DNA of 49,698 nucleotides from a virus, in IMG/VR virus record IMGVR_UViG_3300045988_135203, positions 1-49,698 of that record; one strand, 5' to 3'. The notes beneath the pieces were generated by a model. The model worked only from the letters and a program-made list of their open reading frames with translations, had not been told where the DNA came from and searched no databases. This document shows positions 33,574-40,632 of this stretch, in pieces (position 1 is the stretch's first letter; each line of letters begins with the position of its first letter). Position numbers and translations under genes: made by a program.

Positions 33574-33608
33574 CAAAAAAAGAGCTGAAATTTCAGCTCT
33601 TTTTTTTT
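33574..33608. terminator. Bidirectional intrinsic terminator in cassette 5
   Basis: AAAAAAAGAGCTGAAATTTCAGCTCTTTTTTTTT. Confidence 0.65.
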
Positions 33609-33792
33609 ACTGTTCCTTTGTTACACTTTTAACAAGTGCCCGCAATTCCGCAACCCCAAAGCAGTCCATGTATTCGCCCATTGCCTTTTTTAATTCTGAG
33701 GTTCTTTTGGCTCTGAGCTGTCCTATCATCCATTCATATTCTTCTTTGTTTAATGTGTAAGGACAACAACCATTTTCTTTTAATTCATACAT
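33607..33792 (-). CDS. Small Cys-containing hypothetical protein
   Basis: 61 aa with a class B promoter at 33827-33855. Confidence 0.5.
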   Translation of the reverse strand: MYELKENGCCPYTLNKEEYEWMIGQLRAKRTSELKKAMGEYMDCFGVAELRALVKSVTKEQ

Positions 33793-33826
33793 TTTTTATT
33801 CCTCTCTTTCTTTATCTTATGTACTT

Positions 33827-33855
33827 ATTATACCAGAGGTTTGGGCTTTTGTCAA
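33827..33855 (-). promoter_or_regulatory. Class B promoter for 33607-33792
   Basis: TTGACA-N17-TATAAT. Confidence 0.6.
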
Positions 33856-34103
33856 GCCCTTTCCTCACTTTTATTCATGTTTGTTACAAACTCTGTACTA
33901 AATTTATCATAGACTTCTGGACTTACTTTGTCTGCGATAAATTCCATTACTGTACAAATACCATACATGAAACTATTGTTTCCATGCTTTGCATCATAGC
34001 AACCTTTGAATAACTTCGGTCCTTTTGATACCATGTCATCATAAACCAGATGATAAGCGGCTTTTAAAGTTTTTTCATATTCCTGTTCTGTCATAATTAT
34101 CAA
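33852..34103 (-). CDS. Hypothetical protein
   Basis: 83 aa with a promoter at 34133-34161. Confidence 0.5.
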   Translation of the reverse strand: MIIMTEQEYEKTLKAAYHLVYDDMVSKGPKLFKGCYDAKHGNNSFMYGICTVMEFIADKVSPEVYDKFSTEFVTNMNKSEERA

Positions 34104-34132
34104 TTCCTTTCTTTATCTCTTTTGTTGATTAT

Positions 34133-34161
34133 AGTATACCATAGGTTTAGAAGTTTGTCAA
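34133..34161 (-). promoter_or_regulatory. Class B promoter for 33852-34103
   Basis: TTGACA-N17-TATACT. Confidence 0.5.
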
Positions 34162-34192
34162 GACTTTTTATTTTTTTCTTTGATTTATTTTC

Positions 34193-34315
34193 TATGATAT
34201 AATTAAGTTGTCAAGAGGTTTTTTAAGGTATTTTTTGTGACGAGTGCCGATTTTACTTCACACAATTATGCGTCGTGGAGAGGTTGGTTGCTGTATCTCC
34301 TCTTGACACCTTAAT
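34193..34315. repeat. ~28-bp inverted repeat separated by ~60 bp, downstream of a class B promoter
   Basis: CCTCTTGACA(A/C)CTTAATTATATCATAG is present in both orientations at 34193-34224 and 34285-34312. Confidence 0.55.
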
Positions 34316-34342
34316 TATATCATAGGGGGTTGAGTTTGTCAA
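34314..34342 (-). promoter_or_regulatory. Class B promoter firing into the inverted-repeat region 34193-34315
   Basis: TTGACA-N17-TATAAT with hairpin-embedded -35. No ORF lies between it and the next promoter. Confidence 0.5.
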
Positions 34343-34358
34343 CCCCATTTTTTATTTT

Positions 34359-34706
34359 TTATCTTTCTTTCAGACTATGCATTACGATTGTATGACCGCA
34401 TTTATCACAAGTGTAATAGTATTCATCATCACCACTTCTATGATGTACTGTACTTGTAAACTTGTAAGGCTCATTACATTCTGTACAATATCCGTTGTTC
34501 CATGCTTCATCATCACCTTTACTCTGTAATGTAAATAATCCACCTATACCACATCCAATAGCAACCGCAAGTATAATTCCAATTATCCATTTTACTATTG
34601 GTTTATTGTTTTCAGCAATAGTATTTACAATACACATTGCCATGAAACCACCAACTATTAAACTCATAAATATTGATACTGAAATAAATTCTGCCATGTA
34701 ACTCAT
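34359..34706 (-). CDS. Membrane protein with C-terminal zinc ribbon
   Basis: 115 aa with two TM helices followed by CTEC...CDKCGH. Confidence 0.55.
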   Translation of the reverse strand: MSYMAEFISVSIFMSLIVGGFMAMCIVNTIAENNKPIVKWIIGIILAVAIGCGIGGLFTLQSKGDDEAWNNGYCTECNEPYKFTSTVHHRSGDDEYYYTCDKCGHTIVMHSLKER

Positions 34707-34737
34707 TTTATTTACCTCTCTTTCTTTAACTGTCTTT

Positions 34738-34766
34738 ATTATAGCACAAGGGGTTTAGTTTGTCAA
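34738..34766 (-). promoter_or_regulatory. Class B promoter for 34359-34706
   Basis: TTGACA-N17-TGCTATAAT. Confidence 0.6.
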
Positions 34767-34770
34767 CCCT

Positions 34771-35067
34771 TTATTTAAAAAATTCTTTCGCTGTTTCTCT
34801 ATATCTTTTTGGAACACCTGTGATAAATTTTTCTTTATCTTCTTCTGATAATGTTCTTCTTAATTGTTTTGGTGTTACTGAAAAAGGATTTAGATGATAT
34901 TTAATCATTAGTGGAAATACTTTAATAAATGTAAGTGTTTTAATCATGGTTATAATCTTGCCAAGGATTTCAATAGGCATCCAGAACCATTCCCACTCAT
35001 TGTAATAACTTAAATAACTCAGTGTGTACATTGCGATAATAATTGTTACTACTAATAATGTTTTCAT
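34771..35067 (-). CDS. Small membrane protein
   Basis: 98 aa with an N-terminal TM. Confidence 0.5.
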   Translation of the reverse strand: MKTLLVVTIIIAMYTLSYLSYYNEWEWFWMPIEILGKIITMIKTLTFIKVFPLMIKYHLNPFSVTPKQLRRTLSEEDKEKFITGVPKRYRETAKEFFK

Positions 35068-35098
35068 TTTATTTACCTCTCTCTCTTAACTTGATTAT

Positions 35099-35127
35099 AG
35101 TATATCACAAGGGGTTGAATTTGTCAA
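35099..35127 (-). promoter_or_regulatory. Class B promoter for 34771-35067, -35 in a perfect 8-bp hairpin
   Basis: GGGGTTGACAAATTCAACCCC then TGTGATATACT. Confidence 0.55.
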
Positions 35128-35147
35128 CCCCTTTTTGAATTTTTTTT
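35111..35147. terminator. Hairpin plus T-run containing the -35 of a class B promoter
   Basis: GGGGTTGAATTTGTCAACCCC followed by TTTTTGAATTTTTTTT on the plus strand, with an A-rich stretch before it. Confidence 0.5.
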
Positions 35148-35292
35148 AAATTAATTGTAACAGATAACTTCCATCATTCTGTGCAAGTATTCTGACAATT
35201 TCCTCTCGATTCTGCGAGAGAATTTCCCCTGTTGAGCAATCCACAAGTGCGGTTTCATAACCTTTTTCAATGTAAAGTCCTAAAATCATCAT
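35146..35292 (-). CDS. Small hypothetical protein (48 aa), absent from the ORF track
   Basis: ORF filling the gap between neighbours, with a GAGG RBS. Confidence 0.35.
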   Translation of the reverse strand: MMILGLYIEKGYETALVDCSTGEILSQNREEIVRILAQNDGSYLLQLI

Positions 35293-35308
35293 AAAAAACA
35301 CCTCTTTC

Positions 35309-35464
35309 TTAAATAAGTTTTAATAAGTTACCGTTTTTATCAAAACAAAAGCCTACAGTTTCATCTGATACAAGTTCAAAATAGTCTGAGTCATCTACTG
35401 GAATCCATATTCCAGCCTTTCTAAAGATTTCTAATAATTTTTCTTTATCAGTTTTTTTGACCAT
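35309..35464 (-). CDS. Small hypothetical protein (51 aa), absent from the ORF track
   Basis: ATG after GAGAGG, with a class B promoter at 35491-35519. Confidence 0.4.
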   Translation of the reverse strand: MVKKTDKEKLLEIFRKAGIWIPVDDSDYFELVSDETVGFCFDKNGNLLKLI

Positions 35465-35490
35465 CTCTTTTACCTCTCTTTCTAATACCT

Positions 35491-35519
35491 ATTATACCAG
35501 TCCTTGACTCATTTGTCAA
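35491..35519 (-). promoter_or_regulatory. Class B promoter for 35309-35464
   Basis: TTGACA-N17-TATAAT. Confidence 0.55.
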
Positions 35520-35793
35520 GGACTATTTTTTTAATTTCATCATCATAGATGTTATTATCAGTGTGCATTGTATCCATGATAAGCTTTACATTATCACCAG
35601 TTTCAAGGTTTGTACCATCCTCAAAATAATAATCCCAGTCATTTCCAGTAGAATCTGTGAAAGTTACAAGGTTGTCATTCTGTACTTTTACAACCTCTGC
35701 GGTTCTGGTGTATGTACTTTCATAAGTTCCTACACCACCAATTACTGCGATACCTAACATAACTGCTAATACTGTTTTAATCATCCTCATCAT
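35509..35793 (-). CDS. Secreted or membrane-anchored small protein (signal peptide)
   Basis: Hydrophobic N-terminus MIKTVLAVMLGIAVIGGVGT. Confidence 0.55.
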   Translation of the reverse strand: MMRMIKTVLAVMLGIAVIGGVGTYESTYTRTAEVVKVQNDNLVTFTDSTGNDWDYYFEDGTNLETGDNVKLIMDTMHTDNNIYDDEIKKIVLDK

Positions 35794-35808
35794 TTCCTCT
35801 CTTTCATT

Positions 35809-35837
35809 TGATACATTAAGTATAACATCAAGCTATT
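35809..35837 (-). promoter_or_regulatory. Class B promoter for 35509-35793
   Basis: TTGACA-N17-TATACT. Confidence 0.5.
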
Positions 35838-35905
35838 TATTTGTCAATATACAAAATAACCAATTTCGGGATGCAAATTATTTAATATTTTGTACAATTT
35901 TCCTA

Positions 35906-35935
35906 TTGACAAACTGCGGCGACCTGTGGTATAAT
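35906..35935 (+). promoter_or_regulatory. Plus-strand promoter of cassette 6, followed after about 10 nt by a terminator
   Basis: TTGACA-N18-TGGTATAAT. Confidence 0.55.
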
Positions 35936-35949
35936 TAGTCAGGGCAGCA

Positions 35950-35978
35950 GGCGACCATAGCGGTCGCCCCTTTCTTTT
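35950..35978 (+). terminator. Terminator of the cassette 6 mini-transcript
   Basis: GGCGACCATAGCGGTCGCC then CCTTTCTTTT. Confidence 0.5.
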
Positions 35979-36123
35979 AGTATTCTACGATTGTATACAT
36001 CAACCGCATTAACTGTTCATTAGTAAACTCTCCTGACTCACAATCCTCACAGAACATAACTGTTAATGGACTCTCAAAGCCTAACTGTTTAATTACGTTA
36101 TCCATCATTTCTTTTACTGTCAT
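35977..36123 (-). CDS. Small hypothetical protein (48 aa), absent from the ORF track
   Basis: ATG after a GGAGG RBS, with a class B promoter at 36156-36184. Confidence 0.4.
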   Translation of the reverse strand: MTVKEMMDNVIKQLGFESPLTVMFCEDCESGEFTNEQLMRLMYTIVEY

Positions 36124-36155
36124 CTTTAATGACCTCCTTCTCTTAACTTGATTAT

Positions 36156-36184
36156 AGTATACTACAATCAGATTGATTTGTCAA
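36156..36184 (-). promoter_or_regulatory. Class B promoter for 35977-36123
   Basis: TTGACA-N17-TATACT. Confidence 0.5.
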
Positions 36185-36190
36185 TAGGAA

Positions 36191-36215
36191 AATAAGAATA
36201 TTTTAAAAATATTCT
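36191..36215. repeat. 23-bp perfect palindrome
   Basis: AAGAATATTTTAAAAATATTCTT in the ~250-bp noncoding stretch that also holds CTTTACTACT twice and the hairpin GAGAGAGAACGTTTGTTCTCTCTC. Confidence 0.5.
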
Positions 36216-36421
36216 TTGCTTTCTCACATTAATCCTTTACTACTAGATTGCTGTACTGTTGCGTTACTTTAATGCTTTACTACTTTAGTGTAATGAAGTC
36301 TCGCTACTCATTGCCTTTGTTATTCTATTAACACTCCTGTTAATTTTTTAACAATCTGCGTCCCACGAACCGCAGAACATAGATAGAGAGAGAACGTTTG
36401 TTCTCTCTCCTCTTTATCCTT

Positions 36422-36889
36422 TTACACATGATACTGCATCAACTCTTTAAGCACATCCATCATAACTATAGCGTCAACACTTGCACCTTGCCACTCTTCT
36501 CTATTCCTTGCCTCATCATCGAATAGTATTCCACCGCAAGGCACTGCCGCACGTTTGTTCTGTCCATACTCTGTTACAATAATCTCATTCCAATTAACAC
36601 TAGGAAGATGCTTCTTTAGCCATGTTCTCTTGGCTTCTTCTATTGCTTGCACATAATCAAGTGTTGCGTTCTTACTTGCCCATGAGATAACACCTAACTT
36701 ATAACCTCTCCTCTGTAGTGCATTGACGCGCCTTGCAAATAGACTCATGGTAACAAGCGGTCTTGCTATCTCATAAGGCACTGTGCTACCATGTACCAGA
36801 TAGTCAAGCCATCCTTCTACACTGTAAAGGTCTGCAATAGTTCCATCTAAGTCGAACCATAACCATTTATTATCTAACATACTAATCAC
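36422..36889 (-). CDS. HAD-superfamily 5'(3')-deoxyribonucleotidase-like hydrolase, paralog 2
   Basis: FDLDGTIA and LFDDEARNREEW, collinear with 31817-32296. Confidence 0.7.
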   Translation of the reverse strand: MISMLDNKWLWFDLDGTIADLYSVEGWLDYLVHGSTVPYEIARPLVTMSLFARRVNALQRRGYKLGVISWASKNATLDYVQAIEEAKRTWLKKHLPSVNWNEIIVTEYGQNKRAAVPCGGILFDDEARNREEWQGASVDAIVMMDVLKELMQYHV

Positions 36890-36921
36890 TCTTTCTTTCT
36901 TTTATCTTTATCTTTATATTT

Positions 36922-36950
36922 ATTATAACACCTTTGTGCTTGCTTGTCAA
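36922..36950 (-). promoter_or_regulatory. Class B promoter for 36422-36889
   Basis: TTGACA-N17-TGTTATAAT. Confidence 0.6.
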
Positions 36951-37022
36951 GACCTTTCTTTGTGTCTTTCTCTCTGCCTTGTCTTGCCTCTTGGCTCAAG
37001 GGTTAGCCTAGGCTAACCCGCT

Positions 37023-37142
37023 CTATACCAGATAAGTATCAATAATAGAGCCACCTACTCTCTTGGCAGTTAGTTCAGCCAAACTCTTGCTACTTGTTAA
37101 CAAAACGAATTTTCCCTCTTTATCAATAACCTCATACTTCAT
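37023..37142 (-). CDS. Small hypothetical protein (39 aa), absent from the ORF track
   Basis: ATG after GAGAGG, with a class B promoter at 37178-37206. Confidence 0.35.
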   Translation of the reverse strand: MKYEVIDKEGKFVLLTSSKSLAELTAKRVGGSIIDTYLV

Positions 37143-37177
37143 GTCTTTGTTCCTCTCTTTCTCTCTTTCTTTATACA

Positions 37178-37206
37178 TAGTATAGCACATAGGTAGTCAC
37201 TTGTCA
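37178..37206 (-). promoter_or_regulatory. Class B promoter for 37023-37142
   Basis: TTGACA-N17-TATACT. Confidence 0.5.
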
Positions 37207-37306
37207 AGAGGTTTTAATAAATTTTCTTTGTTAATTTCTTAACAAACGAACTACTAGGAATCGCAGTTTTCGTCATTAACTTACACTCCATGAGAACATC
37301 AAGTCT

Positions 37307-37335
37307 ATTATACCACAGATGCGCGGCGATGTCAA
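37307..37335 (-). promoter_or_regulatory. Class B promoter with a ~130-nt leader
   Basis: TTGACA-N17-TGGTATAAT. Confidence 0.55.
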
Positions 37336-37510
37336 TAGGTAATATTGCACAAAGATTAATTATTATTTTTGTGCAACATGCTGTTGTGCAATGTGACGAA
37401 TTTTGGGAAATGAACTAAAATATTTTTGTGCAAGTTTTTGCTTGACAAATTGTTGTGTCTCGTGTTATAATTGAAATTAGGGCCTGCGCCTGCGTCTACG
37501 GCCCGAGGAT
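37320..37510. promoter_or_regulatory. Regulatory cassette 7
   Basis: TTGCACAAA, TTTGTGCAA twice, TTGTGCAA and GAATTTTGGGAAATG, then promoter at 37443-37471 and hairpin AGGGCCTGCGCCTGCGTCTACGGCCCG. Confidence 0.45.
37443..37471 (+). promoter_or_regulatory. Plus-strand promoter of cassette 7 pointing towards the homing-endonuclease region
   Basis: TTGACA-N17-TATAAT followed by the AGGGCC...GGCCCG hairpin. Confidence 0.55.
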
Positions 37511-37674
37511 TTAACGAGAGCGTCATTACTTTTTATGTATTTTTCTCAGATAAACCTGAAATGAAAGTGAACTTATGTTTCGTTTACCCCGGGGCATATT
37601 TCAGGAAGAAAAATTTTTGATTTTTGAAAATCGTTTTGCTCTGGACAAAATTCTTCTAAAAGGGATTTTAAAAT

Positions 37675-38400
37675 TCAGATTACGGATTTTAATTTATTAA
37701 GAATATATTCATCATTTATTTTATCATAATCATAATAAGGTATTCTTATTAATAAAATATTATTTTCTTTACAATATATATCTTTTCTTTCATCTCTTAT
37801 TTGTTGAATTTTAAATTTATTTTCACCACCAAAATATTCAACTGGTCTATAATGTTGCTCACCATCATACTCAATTAATGCTATAATATTATTTTCTTTC
37901 ATAATTATAAAGTCAAATATCATAACATTATTATTTTTATCTTTTATTCTATATTGTTCTTTAAAAGATAAATTCTTGTCCGTTAAAATATTTTTAATTT
38001 TTAATTCTCCACTACTTCTTTTAGCACATCCACAAGAAATAGTTCGAGCATGACTTTGTCCCTTAAGGTGTTCAAGTCTTACTTCAAAAGGTTTTGAACC
38101 GCAATCACATTGTACTTTTACATAAGTTTTATTATTTTTACATGGAGCATTTCCAATTATTGTTAATAAACCATATTTATCTCCAATTTCATATTTACGT
38201 CTATCTTTATCTTTACAATTATTACAACTTTTAGGATTTTTGTCTAAATCGCCTTTTCTTACACTAGAAATTTTTCCACAATTAAGACATTCACAAATCC
38301 AAAAAGTTTCATGTGATTTTGATTTAGGATTTTTATCTCTTTCAATTACTTTCCAACAGCCATGTATTTGTCCTGAATAATCTTTTAATTTTCTTCCCAT
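37675..38400 (-). CDS. Free-standing PD-(D/E)XK (Vsr/DUF559-like) homing-endonuclease-like protein with N-terminal zinc fingers
   Basis: The C-terminal FDFIIMKENNIIALIEYDGEQHY...IRIPY matches RxDF...IEvDGxxH nuclease cores and is homologous to 45384-45740. The N-terminus is multi-Cys. It sits in an extremely AT-rich, gene-poor segment. Confidence 0.6.
   Translation of the reverse strand: MGRKLKDYSGQIHGCWKVIERDKNPKSKSHETFWICECLNCGKISSVRKGDLDKNPKSCNNCKDKDRRKYEIGDKYGLLTIIGNAPCKNNKTYVKVQCDCGSKPFEVRLEHLKGQSHARTISCGCAKRSSGELKIKNILTDKNLSFKEQYRIKDKNNNVMIFDFIIMKENNIIALIEYDGEQHYRPVEYFGGENKFKIQQIRDERKDIYCKENNILLIRIPYYDYDKINDEYILNKLKSVI
37675..38400 (-). mobile_element. Putative free-standing homing endonuclease locus
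   Basis: The surrounding region 37540-38550 is gene-poor, differs in composition from neighbouring early genes and lacks the class B promoter pattern. Confidence 0.4.
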
Positions 38401-38551
38401 ACTAAAATTCCTTTATAGGAAAAGGAGAAACGCATTTGCATCTCTCCTTTTCTTTCTACTTTTTGTATATAATTAAAATATTTTCTTCGTTCCCGTTATC
38501 AGTAATTTCTTAATAAAATTAATACAGCAAGCGGAATAATGATTCCAATAA

Positions 38552-38773
38552 TCATTCTTTATTCTCCTTTATTTCAAACCCCAATAATGATTTAAACATT
38601 TTTCTTTGTAACCAATTAAATTTTTTATTACAAGGCAAAATAAAAAACTCTTTTCCATCATCATCTACCAATACAATTTTATATGGGGCAGGTTTAGGTT
38701 GCAATAAATTACAGTTGTACGGCGAACTCAGTATCTCCTGCGGATTTACCTTTACTTCTTTTTGCATCTTCAA
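38552..38773 (-). CDS. Small hypothetical protein
   Basis: 73-aa ORF. Confidence 0.45.
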   Translation of the reverse strand: MKMQKEVKVNPQEILSSPYNCNLLQPKPAPYKIVLVDDDGKEFFILPCNKKFNWLQRKMFKSLLGFEIKENKE

Positions 38774-38853
38774 TCTCTTTCTTCATCTGATAATCAAGTT
38801 TTGCCATGCGACTTCTCATAATCTGAAACTCTGTTCTTTTTGCTTTTTTACTT

Positions 38854-39105
38854 TTATTTTTCCCCATTCTTTCTATTCTCCTTAATCTTTTTTAATTCAA
38901 TTTCAACTGATTCTAAAAGTCTAATTGCGGATTCATCATCCAAAAAATCACTAACATTTATTGTATTTGGAATTGCAATAACATGTTTATCAGAAAACAC
39001 TTCTGAAACATGTTTAAATACTCCATAGACTTCATCAATACTATTTTCGCCAAGAGTATAAGTAATAATTACATAATCTCTTTTTTCCTCTGTTTTAATT
39101 TTCAT
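38854..39105 (-). CDS. Hypothetical protein
   Basis: 83-aa ORF whose stop overlaps the start of the next gene. Confidence 0.5.
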   Translation of the reverse strand: MKIKTEEKRDYVIITYTLGENSIDEVYGVFKHVSEVFSDKHVIAIPNTINVSDFLDDESAIRLLESVEIELKKIKENRKNGEK

Positions 39106-39401
39106 CTTATAATTACCGTTCCATGCTTTCCTTCTTTTCTCAACCTCTCCAAAACTGGATGGCAGGAATTTTTTTCATTCATAAATACAATAGCAAAATC
39201 AAGTTCTTTAATATAATCATTAAATGCGCCAAAAAAATATTTTTTGCCGGAACCATTATTTTCTGCCCATTTATCTCCCAAAGAATTGGGAGAACACACT
39301 ATATTAAATAAATATGTCCCCTTTATTTCAATAAGCTCATTTAATCTTTTGTCCAAAAGGTCATAATCATCAAGTGTGCCTCCAATTATTCCTACATTCA
39401 T
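39102..39401 (-). CDS. SLOG/DUF2493-like Rossmann-fold protein (YpsA/DprA-like)
   Basis: VGIIGGT ... LGDKWAENNG ... ELDFAIVFMNE ... GTVII pattern typical of DUF2493 SLOG domains. Confidence 0.5.
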   Translation of the reverse strand: MNVGIIGGTLDDYDLLDKRLNELIEIKGTYLFNIVCSPNSLGDKWAENNGSGKKYFFGAFNDYIKELDFAIVFMNEKNSCHPVLERLRKEGKHGTVIIR

Positions 39402-40267
39402 GCGATTGGCTCAATAAAAATTAACTTATCAATATAATCTCTATCCGCACCTTTGAAAATAGGAATTTTATAATCTATTTTCCATTTGCGGCGAACAATT
39501 ATTCTTTCACCAATTTGTTCTCCAAAATAAACATTTGGCTCTTTAATTGTTTCTTTAATTGTTTCTTTTTCTTCTATTTTGATACATGCGGTACCGCGTT
39601 TACATGGAATTGTAAAGTCATTCCAATTAATTCCACATTGAGTCATTAGCATATCTTGAATATCATTACAAGTTTTATCTTTAAGTTTGGCATGTGAAAA
39701 ACAAGCTTGTCCCACCATTTGAATACTATTCCGCGTTGCATCCAATTGCCGCCAATAAATAAGATTAGTTACTTCTTCTTTTGGAATATTAAAACATCTT
39801 GCGTCAAACATTGCTCCTTTTTCTGCGGCATTTACATATCTTTCAATAAGCCTTTTATTTCCCTCTATAAGAGGGTCATGAGTCGAATTATATTTAATTA
39901 TATTCTCAGAAAAATATTTATTAAAAGCCATTGTTGCCATAGAAGCTGATACGGAAGCCATTTTCTGAACCTCATAATTAAACCAAGCCTCTGAGGTTAA
40001 CTTTTGGTAATCAGTTAAAATTAAAGTAATTTCATCTGATTGAGTATATCCAAAAATACAACCCTGAATATTTTCACAAAGATACTTCATTGTCCTTTGC
40101 ATCGTATCCATTAATACAGGATCAAATGGTTTCTGAAAGCCTCGTGTAAAAGTATGAAAAGCTTTTCCATCAAGCCTAATAGCTACTGGCATGCGGCGAA
40201 GTAATTGTGTTTTTGCGGGATTTTCATAAAAATCTTTCATTCTTGCGGCAAGTTCACTATTATCCAT
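39398..40267 (-). CDS. Thg1-like protein (tRNA-His guanylyltransferase family 3'-5' nucleotidyltransferase)
   Basis: VAIRLDGKAFHTFT, YTQSDEITLIL and IYWRQLDATRNSI match the Thg1/TLP core motifs (RLDG-x-FH-x-F, YGQSDE, WRQ-D). Confidence 0.75.
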   Translation of the reverse strand: MDNSELAARMKDFYENPAKTQLLRRMPVAIRLDGKAFHTFTRGFQKPFDPVLMDTMQRTMKYLCENIQGCIFGYTQSDEITLILTDYQKLTSEAWFNYEVQKMASVSASMATMAFNKYFSENIIKYNSTHDPLIEGNKRLIERYVNAAEKGAMFDARCFNIPKEEVTNLIYWRQLDATRNSIQMVGQACFSHAKLKDKTCNDIQDMLMTQCGINWNDFTIPCKRGTACIKIEEKETIKETIKEPNVYFGEQIGERIIVRRKWKIDYKIPIFKGADRDYIDKLIFIEPIA

Positions 40268-40301
40268 TTTTCTTCCTTTTCTTTATTTATTTTATATATA
40301 T

Positions 40302-40330
40302 ATTATAATTTAATTTTTAAATTTTGTCCA
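40302..40330 (-). promoter_or_regulatory. Promoter for the Thg1-like gene
   Basis: TGGACA-N17-TATAAT in a class A-like AT-rich context. Confidence 0.45.
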
Positions 40331-40632
40331 TTCTGATCTTTTACTGTGACCTCTGTATGGTCTTCACTAATATTTGTTTCTTTTAAAAACCAATGCCATA
40401 CATAAGGTTCTTCAACTGTGGTTCCAATATATTGAGTATTTTGTAACACTTTTTCGGGAATCGGTTGTCCTGTTCCAATAGGATTTACAAAAAAACTTCT
40501 AATAGGAGCTGCAGTATCAGTTAAAGCCCAAAGATAAGTGCGGCCATTTATTTCTTTTACATTAAGAAATTTAACAAGTGGTAAATTAAGCACTCCAATA
40601 TCATTTAAACAATATTTAAGAATTCTTTTCAT
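40303..40632 (-). CDS. Hypothetical protein
   Basis: 109-aa ORF. Confidence 0.5.
   Translation of the reverse strand: MKRILKYCLNDIGVLNLPLVKFLNVKEINGRTYLWALTDTAAPIRSFFVNPIGTGQPIPEKVLQNTQYIGTTVEEPYVWHWFLKETNISEDHTEVTVKDQNGQNLKIKL

Larger units (their letters stand above)
33430..33610. promoter_or_regulatory. Regulatory cassette 5 (minus promoter only)
   Basis: TTGCACAAA three times, hairpin CCGGCCGCAGCGCTTGTCGCCGGCCGG, bidirectional terminator at 33574-33608. Confidence 0.45.
35870..35980. promoter_or_regulatory. Regulatory cassette 6 (promoter directly followed by terminator, ~37-nt RNA)
   Basis: ATTTCGGGATG motif, promoter at 35906-35935, hairpin GGCGACCATAGCGGTCGCC followed by a T-run. 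Confidence 0.45.
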
